Origin: Candidatus Woesearchaeota archaeon
GTDB lineage: Archaea > Nanobdellota > Nanobdellia > SCGC-AAA011-G17 > UBA489
Assembly (NCBI GenBank): GCA_964371275.1
Contig: CAYJLN010000002.1
Span: 1-31,488, forward strand
DNA length: 31,488 nucleotides
Reading direction: 5' to 3'
Below, piece after piece: positions 1-9,439 of the stretch; the stretch's first letter is position 1; each line of letters begins with the position of its first letter. The position numbers and the translations under genes are program-made. The notes below the pieces were generated by a model. That model searched no databases. It worked only from the letters and a program-made list of their open reading frames with translations, and was not told where the DNA came from.

Positions 1-31
1 ACCTATATACCTATTAGTAATATACTATTAA

Positions 32-46
32 GTATTTAAACCTTTC
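32..46 (-). promoter_or_regulatory. Putative archaeal BRE-TATA for a divergent gene outside the window
   Basis: Reverse complement reads GAAAGGTTTAAATAC, like other promoters in this window. Confidence 0.4.
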
Positions 47-61
47 GGTTAGTAACATAGT

Positions 62-74
62 AAAACTTATATAC
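62..74 (+). promoter_or_regulatory. Putative BRE-TATA of the lipid-module operon
   Basis: AAAAC-TTATATAC lies about 25 nt upstream of ATG 98. Confidence 0.5.
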
Positions 75-97
75 TAAAGAGGATATAACTATTCAAT

Positions 98-244
98 ATG
101 GGAAAGATTAAATTAGAAGGCTATGTTTGTGAGCGTTGCAGTCATAAATGGGTTCCCCGGGAAACAACTACAGAAGAGCCAAAAGTCTGCCCAAAATGCA
201 AAAGCCCTTATTGGAATGTGCCGAGAAAGAGTGAGAAAAAATAA
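98..244 (+). CDS. Small zinc-ribbon protein (48 aa), absent from the ORF track
   Basis: Hand translation: MGKIKLEGYVCERCSHKWVPRETTTEEPKVCPKCKSPYWNVPRKSEKK. It has two CxxC pairs, a TATA box upstream, and a stop 1 nt before the next ATG. Confidence 0.85.
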   Translation: MGKIKLEGYVCERCSHKWVPRETTTEEPKVCPKCKSPYWNVPRKSEKK

Positions 245-245
245 T

Positions 246-2603
246 ATGAATAAAAAGGAGGTAGGTTCTATAAAAGAATTAATAGAAAAATTTCTTCTAA
301 CTAATAAAAACAAGTTTCAATTTACGCATAAAAAGGGATATAGGACACATAGCATTAATAACAAAGAATTGCTTATAAAAATACAAAGAACAAGAATTTT
401 TTTAAAAAGTGTAAAAATAAAAAAAGGAGATAAGATAATTATTTTAGGAAATAATTCTATAGATTGGATTAGTGTCTATTTTGCGTGTATATTATCAGGT
501 ATAGTTGTCGTTCCTCTTGACACTTTAACAGATAAATTATTACTAAAAAGAATTCAGAAGCAAATTAGAGCTAAAGCAATTTTTTTAGATAAAGGATTAG
601 CCTCTATCAAAATAAAAAAGTATTATTTAGATGAATTTGATAATTTAATAAGGAATATAAAGATTAAAAATATACAAAAAGTAAAAATAAATCCAAACGA
701 TATTCTAGAGATTGTCTACACATCTGGAACCACAGATGAACCAAAGGGAGTTATATTGGCGAATAAAAATATTATTTGTGCTGTAAATTCTGCAATAAAT
801 TCTGTCCCATTAAAAATAAGATTAAAGATTATTCATTTACTTCCTTTAAGCCATATTTTTGGCCAAGTTTATGGCTTATTTTTACCAATGTATTTCAAAC
901 ATAAAATATTTTTTATTGATTCCATACAACCCAATAAAATAATCTCTTTTATAAAAAACCAAGGTATAAACTGTGCTATTTTAGTTCCAGGTATATTGGC
1001 TACATTAAAAAAAGAATTAGAGGGGAAAAATGTTTTATTGAATCTGGGAATACAGTTTAGGTTAATCGGGGTTGGTGGAGCTCCATTAGATATTAAATTA
1101 GAGAAATGGTGGAGAGCACATCTAATAACAGTAATACAAGGATATGGTTTAACTGAGACAGCTTCTGTTGTTTCAACAAATAGAATAGGAATTAGCAAAC
1201 CAAGTAGTGTTGGAAAGATAGCTGAAAACATCGAAGTTAAGTTAGGCGAAGATAATGAAATATTAGTAAAGGGGAAAAATGTAACACCTGGTTATTATAA
1301 TGACAAGGAAAAAACAAAACAATCTTTTGAAGGTAGTTGGTTTAAAACAGGGGATATTGGAGAAATTAAAAATGGCTATTTGTATGTTAAAGGAAGAAAA
1401 AAAGATGTTATAATAACAGGATCTGGCTTAAAAACTTATCCTATAGACGTAGAAAATATTTTAAACAAAGTAAATGGTGTGGAAGAAAGTTGCGTTTTAG
1501 AAAATGATGGGAAGATACATGCTACTTTAATATTAAATAAAAGAGTTAGTGTTGCCAAGATTATTAATAGCACAAACGAAAAATTAATGACTCATCAGAA
1601 GATTACTAGCTATTCTGTTTGGCCATATATAAATTTCCCAAAGACCCAAATAGGAAAAATAAAAAAATTCATTGTTCTGGAAGAGATTAATAAATTAAAA
1701 AATATTTCTTATAGCTATAAAAATAAACTATTCAAAATTATTGGTAATGTTCTAAAACCACACCAAAAAATAAAATCAAATTCCAAATTATCTGATCTTG
1801 GAATGGACTCTCTCAAAAGAGTAGAGTTGGTTTCTGAGTTTGAAAAAGAATTTGGAATTGAAATTGACGAATTAAAAATCAATCAATATACAAAAATTGC
1901 TAATCTTAATAAAATTATGAAAGAAAGTCATGTCCATAAAATAAGACCTAAAAAATGGACTATAAATCCGATTTCGAAAATTATCAGATTTATCTTTCAA
2001 CAGTTCTTAATCTTCCCAGTAATAAGAATATTTACTAAAACACATTATTATGGTCTGGAAAATATTAAAAATATTGAAGAACAGGTTATATTTGCAAGCA
2101 ATCACCAGAGTTCCTTTGATGCTCCAGTTATTATTAAAAAATTAGGAACAAAAATAGTTGTTGCAGCTGATTCAGATTATGTTATGGGTATAGGAACAAA
2201 AGGATCAATTTTATTTAAATTTTATAGAATATTCAAAGGTTATCTAGTTGGATTATTTTTTAATGCCTATCCATTCGGAGAAACTATTGGAATAAAAACA
2301 AGTTTAGAATTTACAGGTGAAATGATTGATAGAGGATATTCAATTTTGATATTTCCAGAAGCCCATCGAACAAAAGATGGAAAAATAAAATCTTTCAAGT
2401 CAGGTATAGGCTATTTAGCCTTAAATATGGATGTTCCAATTATCCCAATCAAAATACAAGGATTATTTGAAATACTTCCTATAGGAACCTTTATTCCTAA
2501 ATTTGGAAAAAGCATAGTTAAGATAGGAAAACCAATTATAATAAAAAATTTATCTTACATGGAAGCTGCAAAATTAATTGAAAAAAGGATAAAAGAATTA
2601 TGA
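246..2603 (+). CDS. Fused AMP-dependent acyl ligase + acyl-carrier (phosphopantetheine) domain + PlsC-type acyltransferase, 785 aa
   Basis: Adenylation motifs YTSGTTDEPKG, GYGLTE, TGDIG and GRKKD; carrier motif LGMDSL; acyltransferase motifs NHQSSFD and FPE. Start moved from 123 to 246 because 98-244 is a separate gene. Confidence 0.9.
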   Translation: MNKKEVGSIKELIEKFLLTNKNKFQFTHKKGYRTHSINNKELLIKIQRTRIFLKSVKIKKGDKIIILGNNSIDWISVYFACILSGIVVVPLDTLTDKLLLKRIQKQIRAKAIFLDKGLASIKIKKYYLDEFDNLIRNIKIKNIQKVKINPNDILEIVYTSGTTDEPKGVILANKNIICAVNSAINSVPLKIRLKIIHLLPLSHIFGQVYGLFLPMYFKHKIFFIDSIQPNKIISFIKNQGINCAILVPGILATLKKELEGKNVLLNLGIQFRLIGVGGAPLDIKLEKWWRAHLITVIQGYGLTETASVVSTNRIGISKPSSVGKIAENIEVKLGEDNEILVKGKNVTPGYYNDKEKTKQSFEGSWFKTGDIGEIKNGYLYVKGRKKDVIITGSGLKTYPIDVENILNKVNGVEESCVLENDGKIHATLILNKRVSVAKIINSTNEKLMTHQKITSYSVWPYINFPKTQIGKIKKFIVLEEINKLKNISYSYKNKLFKIIGNVLKPHQKIKSNSKLSDLGMDSLKRVELVSEFEKEFGIEIDELKINQYTKIANLNKIMKESHVHKIRPKKWTINPISKIIRFIFQQFLIFPVIRIFTKTHYYGLENIKNIEEQVIFASNHQSSFDAPVIIKKLGTKIVVAADSDYVMGIGTKGSILFKFYRIFKGYLVGLFFNAYPFGETIGIKTSLEFTGEMIDRGYSILIFPEAHRTKDGKIKSFKSGIGYLALNMDVPIIPIKIQGLFEILPIGTFIPKFGKSIVKIGKPIIIKNLSYMEAAKLIEKRIKEL

Positions 2604-2935
2604 TACAAGTCAGAACTGGTTGTGATATTATAGAAATTATAAGATTCAATAAGTTAAATAAAAAAATATTAAATCAAATTTTTCACAAAAGTGAACTTAA
2701 AAGCTTAAAACCAGAAAAATTAGCAGGAATATTTGCTGCGAAAGAAAGTTGTAAAAAAGTATTCAATAGCCTTAGTTGGCATGATATACAAATTAAAAAT
2801 AAAAAAAGTGGAAAACCAGTATTAATATTAAATACTAAAAAAGATATATTAAGTTATGATCTAAGTATAAGTCACGATAAAAATTATGCAATCGCAACAG
2901 TTATCTTTCTGATTAGGAAGGGAGAGAGTATATAG
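2600..2935 (+). CDS. acpS: Holo-ACP synthase (4'-phosphopantetheinyl transferase)
   Basis: Motifs GCDIIEI, AGIFAAKES and LSISHD; ATGA overlap with the upstream gene. Confidence 0.9.
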   Translation: MIQVRTGCDIIEIIRFNKLNKKILNQIFHKSELKSLKPEKLAGIFAAKESCKKVFNSLSWHDIQIKNKKSGKPVLILNTKKDILSYDLSISHDKNYAIATVIFLIRKGESI

Positions 2936-2936
2936 C

Positions 2937-3800
2937 ATGGTTGCTACATTTTTGATTATTTTAAAAATAATTATTTTCTTAATCGGATTTATTTTACTAT
3001 TTTCATTGATGCAATTTTTAATAAGTATCCATCCTCCTCGCTACTACGATCATTCTGCTCCTAATGATTTTGGCTTAGAATATGAAAATGTTTCTTTAAC
3101 AACTTCAGATGGAATAAAGATTAAAGGGTGGTTAATTACCTCTAAAAATGCAAATGGTACTATTGTAGTAGGCCATGGATATCCATTTGATAAAGGAAAC
3201 GTACTACATGCTGTAATATTTCTCTATCCTGATTACAATCTCCTTTTGTATGATCATAGATACTTTGGAGAAAGTTCTGGTTCTATAACCACTGTAGGAA
3301 TTCGAGAAGTAGAAGATGTAAAAGCAGCCATAAATTTTGTTTATAAAAGATTTGGCAAAGACGAACCAATAGCCTTATTTGGATTCTCATTAAGCGCTTC
3401 AGCAATGTTAATGACTAAATCAAATGTAAAAGCAATTATTGCTGATTCGCCGTATGCTAATCTTGAGCTTATGATTAAACATATCTATTCAATATTTGGT
3501 CCATTTAAGTACCCATTTGTTGAAGTCACAAAAATTCTAGGTAAGATTTTCTTAAAAACAGATATAAGAAAGGTTTCACCTACAGTTGCTATTAAAGATA
3601 CAAATATTCCCATCTTTGTCATTCATGGAGATAAAGATACTCAAATACCGGTTGAGAATGCATATAATTTAAAAGCTAGCAATCCAGATATTGAACTTTG
3701 GATAGTTTCAGAAAGCGACCATGGACAAGTATATGTATTATCAAAAGATGAATATGAACGCCGTGTTAAGTCATTTTTAAAAAAGCATATGGTATTGTAA
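2937..3800 (+). CDS. Membrane-anchored alpha/beta hydrolase
   Basis: N-terminal hydrophobic helix; nucleophile elbow GFSLSA; HGDKD acid motif; SDHG histidine motif. Confidence 0.85.
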   Translation: MVATFLIILKIIIFLIGFILLFSLMQFLISIHPPRYYDHSAPNDFGLEYENVSLTTSDGIKIKGWLITSKNANGTIVVGHGYPFDKGNVLHAVIFLYPDYNLLLYDHRYFGESSGSITTVGIREVEDVKAAINFVYKRFGKDEPIALFGFSLSASAMLMTKSNVKAIIADSPYANLELMIKHIYSIFGPFKYPFVEVTKILGKIFLKTDIRKVSPTVAIKDTNIPIFVIHGDKDTQIPVENAYNLKASNPDIELWIVSESDHGQVYVLSKDEYERRVKSFLKKHMVL

Positions 3801-3825
3801 TATAATTATAAAATGGTGATTATAT

Positions 3826-4212
3826 ATGATTAAAGAGTGGAAAAAGGAGATTGCGAGAGATATTATAGCTCTAGGAAGTATTCCATTTTATTTTATTGTT
3901 ATCATCAGAGCAATTATTGGTGAATATACACCTTTTGTTTATCAATTATTATTTACTTTCATTATTCTACTAGTCTTATACCAATTTACAAGATTTAACC
4001 AATATATTGCGAGAGGGCTTGTTTTAGTTGTTTTTACATCAGCTTTCTACAATGTAGTATTATACACTATCTTTGCAGTTCTTTTATGGATCTGTATGAT
4101 TTTATCTTTAGTTTATCTAAAATTTAAAGGTAGTGAAATAACCAAAGGTGTTTTGTTAGGATTTATTAGTACAGGAATAAGTTATTACTTAACAACATTG
4201 TTTATAGCGTAA
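3826..4212 (+). CDS. Multi-TM membrane protein, possibly a degenerate PAP2-superfamily member
   Basis: About four hydrophobic segments. RDIIALGS at the N-terminus and SLVYLK...ITKGVLLG at the C-terminus resemble the PAP2 layout, but the catalytic residues are missing. Confidence 0.6.
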   Translation: MIKEWKKEIARDIIALGSIPFYFIVIIRAIIGEYTPFVYQLLFTFIILLVLYQFTRFNQYIARGLVLVVFTSAFYNVVLYTIFAVLLWICMILSLVYLKFKGSEITKGVLLGFISTGISYYLTTLFIA

Positions 4213-4216
4213 TATA

Positions 4217-5443
4217 ATGTCAATTAAAAAAGAGATATTCGGCTGGAGCATGTATGATTTTGCTAATACAATATTCTCAGCCTTATTTGTCACTGTTTAT
4301 TTTCCTTTATTCGTTGTTCTTAAAGGAGGAAATGCGCTTCATGTTGGACTAGTTATGTCTATCTCAATGTTTTTAGCAGGATTAATAGTTCCTTTTTTAG
4401 GAGCAATCGCTGATGTAACACAAAGAAAAAAGTTATTACTTCTTGTATTTACAATATTGTGTTGCATTTTTACTTTCTTCACAGGATTCTTTGACCTATT
4501 CACAGTTTTATTATTTGCTTTATTTGCTAATTTCTTCTATCATGCAAGTCTTGATGTTTATGATTCATTACTAATTAATATTTCAAATAAAAAAAACATG
4601 GGGTGGATATCTGGATTAGGAACAGGTATTGGATATTTAGGAACAATATTAAGTGTCATATTAGCTTATATTATTGGATATTTTTATGGTTTTGAAAGTA
4701 TCTTGGGAATAAAAACTATATTTATTTTAACAGCTGTTCTTTTCTTTGGATTTTCACTGTTTACATTTATCTTTGTTAAAGAAACTTCAAGAATAAAGAT
4801 TAAAAAACATCATTTTAAAGATGCTTTCAAAAGAGTAATTTTTACATTAAAGAACATAAGGAAATTTAAATCAGTATGGCTCTTTTTACTTGCTTCATTT
4901 TTATATACCGACGGCGCAAACACTGCAATTGTATTCTTATTTTTATATGCTAAAGACCAGATTGGATTAACATTAGTTCAATTTCTTCCAGTATACATAA
5001 TAATTGCCCTTGCTGCCGGTCTAGGTTCTATATCTTCTGGAAAGTTAGCTGATAAGCTAGGACATAAAAGAACTTTATCTATTGTATTATTTTCATGGAT
5101 AATAATTATTTTTATTTTATATCTAAAAACAAGTTATGCAACATTTTTATTAGCAGGTATTTTAGGCGGAGCACTACTGGGAGCTACTTGGACAACTACA
5201 AGACCTATGTTAGTAAGCATAGTGCCAAAAGGCAAAGTAGCTGAATTATTTGGCTACCAAGGTTTAACTGAAAAGTTTTCGGGTGTAATTGGTCCACTTT
5301 TATATGGTTTTATAGCAGTTGCCCTCGGATTTAGACAGGCCCTTTTAGTAGTTATTGTTTTATTTATTTTAGGAGCTATTGTTCTAACGTTTGTGAAAAC
5401 AAAGGAGTTACCTAAAAAGTATCAAGTGGTTACTCAGATATAA
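4217..5443 (+). CDS. MFS transporter (UMF1/Atg22-like family)
   Basis: About 12 TM segments; N-terminal WSMYDFAN signature; GAIADVTQRKK and GKLADKLGHKR MFS motif-A repeats. Confidence 0.85.
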   Translation: MSIKKEIFGWSMYDFANTIFSALFVTVYFPLFVVLKGGNALHVGLVMSISMFLAGLIVPFLGAIADVTQRKKLLLLVFTILCCIFTFFTGFFDLFTVLLFALFANFFYHASLDVYDSLLINISNKKNMGWISGLGTGIGYLGTILSVILAYIIGYFYGFESILGIKTIFILTAVLFFGFSLFTFIFVKETSRIKIKKHHFKDAFKRVIFTLKNIRKFKSVWLFLLASFLYTDGANTAIVFLFLYAKDQIGLTLVQFLPVYIIIALAAGLGSISSGKLADKLGHKRTLSIVLFSWIIIIFILYLKTSYATFLLAGILGGALLGATWTTTRPMLVSIVPKGKVAELFGYQGLTEKFSGVIGPLLYGFIAVALGFRQALLVVIVLFILGAIVLTFVKTKELPKKYQVVTQI

Positions 5444-5615
5444 GTTCTGTAGAGATCAGAAAACAACTAAGTGTATTAATTATTGCTAAACTCATCAAAT
5501 AAGAAAGAAACGAGTTCTTTTATCACCCGCATTCGACTTAGAGTCTGTGACCCGTAGATGTGACATAGAGCGAGATTAAGAACCCTGTTGGTGCCTATAG
5601 TTAAAGAAAAAAATA

Positions 5616-6080
5616 CTATCTTCTCCGTTTCTTAGGTTCATCCTTTCTTTCGGTAAATGATTTAAAATCTGCAGCGAGAAGCTTTTGAGAAAGATCAACC
5701 TCAAAATGGACGGCCAACGGACGACCGTACGTTCGGGTAGCAACTTCTACAGCAGAAACATAAACCCCGTAATGAAGGCGCCGTGCAATACCTCCTAATT
5801 GAGACATAAATGCCTCCGCAGGATCATTATGAACGAGCTTAAAAGCTCCATCAGAGCGTGCATAGAGAAGCATTCCTTTGTTCATAGCGAGAACGACATG
5901 AGGAACAACGCGATTCGGAAATTGACGATCAGCAAAGGAACTAAGATGAACAGTAATCCCTAGCGTAGATGAATCGTACTCTTGTCCTCGTGCATGACGA
6001 CGATCAAGTTTCTCGTATCCTTGCCGAAGTAAATACTCCCGACAAGATTCAATAATAGTATCGCTAAGAGATTTAGTCAT
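5616..6080 (-). CDS. Hypothetical protein
   Basis: 154-aa ORF with GAAAGATTTAAATA about 25 nt upstream; no family recognised. Confidence 0.6.
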   Translation of the reverse strand: MTKSLSDTIIESCREYLLRQGYEKLDRRHARGQEYDSSTLGITVHLSSFADRQFPNRVVPHVVLAMNKGMLLYARSDGAFKLVHNDPAEAFMSQLGGIARRLHYGVYVSAVEVATRTYGRPLAVHFEVDLSQKLLAADFKSFTERKDEPKKRRR

Positions 6081-6209
6081 ACAAAAAGAAAGAAAAATTC
6101 CTATTTAAATCTTTCTCTTATTACCACTAAAAAGTAACGAACAGTAATGCTCTAAAAGAAAACCGGCTATAAAGAAAAAATGAAAAATAAAAGAAAAAGA
6201 AGGAAAACA

Positions 6210-6881
6210 CTAAAAGTGTTTTCGCATGTCTTTGATGATCGTCTCAGATTCTTTTCTCAACCCAAGTCCTAAGCCAATACCAAGAGCTAGAGCAATTCCG
6301 ACAGCTAAAGCGCCGATGATCAGCAGGAAGGTGTTCTCTAAGATAGAGACGTCAACACCAATTTGCTTGAGTCCTAAAATCAGGAACATCGCGATGATCA
6401 CGGTCTTCAAGATGCTTCCGCATGCCTTCGCGCCTTTCTGTTCCGTGTGCTCGCTGATCTTAAGCTTCACATAGTTTGCTACGGCAATACCGAAGAGCAA
6501 GACCACAATGGCTAAGATCACATCAGGCAGCCAGGAAACAAAGCGGTCCAAGAGCATGCTCAAGGTACCAAGGTTGATCAAGGCAACTGATTGTTGTAAG
6601 AATAAGATGATAATGTACCACTTGAATAGTTCGCCGGTAATGGCTGGTACATGCGTATGTCCAATGGTTTTGGACAGTCGTGCACGTCTGACATAATCGT
6701 CAACGCGCAGTTTCTCAAGGATGACCCGGACAGCATGTCCTAAGATAACACCCACAAAGCACCCAATAATGAGCACGATGATTGCAGCCACGAGCCCCGG
6801 TAATTGATTTACAATCGCATACCAAATAGCACTCAATGGATCTATTATTGCTTCACTCGTTTCACCAAAAAATCCTGCCAC
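6210..6881 (-). CDS. Conserved TM-helix-repeat protein (CmpX / MscS-associated TM helix family)
   Basis: Repeated LPxxxxAIxxLxxG helices; GTG start with a GGAGGTGA SD. Confidence 0.75.
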   Translation of the reverse strand: MAGFFGETSEAIIDPLSAIWYAIVNQLPGLVAAIIVLIIGCFVGVILGHAVRVILEKLRVDDYVRRARLSKTIGHTHVPAITGELFKWYIIILFLQQSVALINLGTLSMLLDRFVSWLPDVILAIVVLLFGIAVANYVKLKISEHTEQKGAKACGSILKTVIIAMFLILGLKQIGVDVSILENTFLLIIGALAVGIALALGIGLGLGLRKESETIIKDMRKHF

Positions 6882-6998
6882 TGGCAGTCACCTCCATTTT
6901 TTTACCTACAGTAAAAGGAATAGATTTCTTTAGTAAAGATCTCTTTAAATAGTTTTATAACCACTGGCCAAAAAAGACAAAACATCAAAACTGAGCAG

Positions 6999-7205
6999 TT
7001 ACGCATCAACTTTTTGAGGAAGAGGACGTTTAATCGTGATAGGAAGAAGGTTAAGAGTAAACTCTTTTTTTGCAATGGCGATCGGTTTGTAGTGAAGCTC
7101 ATCAAGAGTTTTTTTGTCAGGAGTAAATAAAATAGGCGCGCCCATGGCAATCTGCAGTGCACGAGCACCGATGATACGCGCTTCCTCAAATTTAGTGAAT
7201 CTCAT
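6999..7205 (-). CDS. rpoK: RNA polymerase subunit K (Rpo6)
   Basis: TKFEEARIIGARALQIAMGAP signature. Confidence 0.95.
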   Translation of the reverse strand: MRFTKFEEARIIGARALQIAMGAPILFTPDKKTLDELHYKPIAIAKKEFTLNLLPITIKRPLPQKVDA

Positions 7206-7987
7206 TTGAGCAAGCCCCGTAAGAATCGTGCTTTCTCAAGCGCAATATCGATCATCTGGCAGGTGTCAGCAACAGTAAGAGCAACGCTGCCACCTTTCTG
7301 CAGAGCGCAAATGGTTTTGTCATCAAGTGAGGCAACCGTCAACCGCGAATCATAGCTCTTTGATTCATTCAGCGTAGGGTCAATCAACAGTTTGTCCTTG
7401 ATTTTATAGACCGTCACTTCAATGGGCGAACACGTCAACGGCAGTTTCTTCGTTGTTTTCTTGGAGTAGTCAGGTACTCCTGTCTTTGCATCAAACTCAG
7501 GGAAGACTGCATGTTTCAGGGCAGCCATCGCAGCTAAGAACCCCGCATCGAACAAATTACCATCATCATTCAACGGATAGATATCGATGAAGACCATCCA
7601 CACTTTTTCGCCCTTCTTGATGCACAGTTTGCCAACATCAATGACAGGGCTTTCACGAATACCACGATCAATGACGCGGGCAAGTTCGACAGCGTCAATA
7701 TTTGGCGGTCCTGATTCAAATTCAGGATTGCTTAAGGGAATAAGCTCGACATCAACCATGAGCGCGCCTTCATCAGGCGTATCAGGATACGGCGTTCCTA
7801 CCGCAAGTTTCACTCCTGCAACAACTTCCGTGTCGCCTATTTTAACACGCGCACTTCCTTCTGCTGATTTGCTGGAAATGCCATACTCAATGGTAATGGG
7901 CTTTCGATAGTCAAGAAGTCCTCTGAAATCTTCCCGAGCATTATGGCTAATTAACGATTCAACATATTCTTTGAGGGCATTAACCAT
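7202..7987 (-). CDS. rrp42: Exosome complex component Rrp42
   Basis: RNase PH fold: GSARVKIGDTEVVAGVK, ELARVIDRGIRES, DGNLFDA. Confidence 0.95.
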   Translation of the reverse strand: MVNALKEYVESLISHNAREDFRGLLDYRKPITIEYGISSKSAEGSARVKIGDTEVVAGVKLAVGTPYPDTPDEGALMVDVELIPLSNPEFESGPPNIDAVELARVIDRGIRESPVIDVGKLCIKKGEKVWMVFIDIYPLNDDGNLFDAGFLAAMAALKHAVFPEFDAKTGVPDYSKKTTKKLPLTCSPIEVTVYKIKDKLLIDPTLNESKSYDSRLTVASLDDKTICALQKGGSVALTVADTCQMIDIALEKARFLRGLLK

Positions 7988-8696
7988 GGCGATACCTCGT
8001 TTTCAGCGCTTCTTGCTGGACCTTATAAATTTTGTCGCAGGCGTGCTTAACAACAGAGAGCGCTTCTGTTAAATGGTCCCTAGAGACCTCACCATCTAGC
8101 TGTAAAAGCGTAATCTGTCCAGTTCGCGGCATCATGGCAACGGGAATATCAACAGCGCCTTCAATGTCCTCTTCTTCTTTGGAAAGATCAACAGATACGT
8201 TGCCATTCACCAGACCAACAGAAACCGAAGCAACCATGTCTTTCATCGGAATGCCTGCATCTGCAAGCGCAAGCGCAGCAGCACAGATACCTGCGCATCG
8301 TGTTCCTGAATCAGTCTGCAATAATTCAATGAAAACATCAATGACTGCATTAGGATACTGCTCCATGGAAAGCACAGGCATCAACGCCTTTTCAATAACC
8401 AGCCCTAATACCTTTGATCGTCGGGATGGCCCTGGCTTAACGCGATCTCCGCTTCCAGAGAAGCTCATCATATTGTAGCTGCAGCGAAGCAATCCTCGCT
8501 CGGGATTTTGAAGAAATTTAGGATGCAAACTGCGAGGGCCATAGACAGCAGCGTACGCAATGGTGTCCCCAATACGGAACAGGGCGCTTCCATCTGCCCG
8601 TTTGATCACGCCTGTTTGTGCGTCCATCTCGCGAAGATCATCAGGTCCGCGGCCATCAGGTCTGCTTGACTTCTTAGAATCCTTCGTTGTTTTCAT
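7980..8696 (-). CDS. rrp41: Exosome complex exonuclease Rrp41
   Basis: RPDGR, ADGSA, YGPR and DSGTRCA motifs. Start placed at ATG 8696, which follows an AGGAG SD. Confidence 0.95.
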   Translation of the reverse strand: MKTTKDSKKSSRPDGRGPDDLREMDAQTGVIKRADGSALFRIGDTIAYAAVYGPRSLHPKFLQNPERGLLRCSYNMMSFSGSGDRVKPGPSRRSKVLGLVIEKALMPVLSMEQYPNAVIDVFIELLQTDSGTRCAGICAAALALADAGIPMKDMVASVSVGLVNGNVSVDLSKEEEDIEGAVDIPVAMMPRTGQITLLQLDGEVSRDHLTEALSVVKHACDKIYKVQQEALKTRYRHG

Positions 8697-9438
8697 GGTG
8701 TTTCTCCTGTTCTTCAGATGACTCATGGTGAGTATGCGTTGATTCTAGGCGTGGAAGGTCCTTCACCAATCGGTCAAGTTCCACACCGACACGGTCAGTC
8801 AGCCCTTCTTTATGAGCCTCATTGTCAATGAGCGTAATGATCTGGGAAACGACACGCTCGTGTTCAGGCGATCCCTGGATCCAGATAATGCCATTCTGTC
8901 CAACAGTAATGCGGCAGCCTGTTTTATCCTTGATCATGGAAATCATGCTGCCTTGCTTCCCGATAATGCGGGGAACTTTCGAGGAATTCACTTTCATAAT
9001 TCTGCCCTTGCCAAGCTTGCGAAGACCCATGTCTTTCATACTCAGTTCAACAGCAGAGCGAGTAACGTTGGAGATTTTTGCCACAATATAATCGCCAAAG
9101 GAATAATACTGCGTCAAGTCAGCTCCTCGTTCAACGTATTCAGGAATATCCCGCACAGAAAGAATAGCGTCGCTTGCGCCGTCAATATCAACAAACCACG
9201 AGCTAAAGCTCATGTCAACAATTCTGCCAAGGACCGTATCTCCTCGCTTCGGGGAATATTTTCCTTTCAGAGGAATAACTTTGATCAGGCGGCCATTTAC
9301 GCTTGCCAACCCAACATACAACGCAACGACTTTTTCGTCTTCTCGGAATGTTCCTGACGCAGGCAGAAAGTCCATGCCTAAGGCAAGAACTTGTCCTGGT
9401 ACAACAATGTCTTTTTCTTGAACGAGTAATTCTCCCAT
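8674..9438 (-). CDS. rrp4: Exosome RNA-binding protein Rrp4
   Basis: IVVPGQ, S1 domain, KH motif PRIIGKQGSMI, ITVGQNGIIWI. Confidence 0.95.
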   Translation of the reverse strand: MGELLVQEKDIVVPGQVLALGMDFLPASGTFREDEKVVALYVGLASVNGRLIKVIPLKGKYSPKRGDTVLGRIVDMSFSSWFVDIDGASDAILSVRDIPEYVERGADLTQYYSFGDYIVAKISNVTRSAVELSMKDMGLRKLGKGRIMKVNSSKVPRIIGKQGSMISMIKDKTGCRITVGQNGIIWIQGSPEHERVVSQIITLIDNEAHKEGLTDRVGVELDRLVKDLPRLESTHTHHESSEEQEKHHENNEGF

Positions 9439-9439
9439 G

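Larger units (their letters stand above)
1..5500. other. AT-rich block (possible genomic island or assembly junction)
   Basis: Lines counted by hand give about 17-32% GC here versus about 42% in a sampled line of the downstream exosome operon. The change occurs around 5450-5550. No integrase or att site is visible. Confidence 0.7.

Noticed and set aside
123-245. N-terminal 41 aa of the 826-aa ORF
   Set aside because: It overlaps the Zn-ribbon gene in another frame; ATG 246 fits translational coupling.
5444-5615. Intergenic region at the GC step as an ncRNA or att site
   Set aside because: No tRNA fragment, direct repeat or recognisable RNA motif was found by eye.
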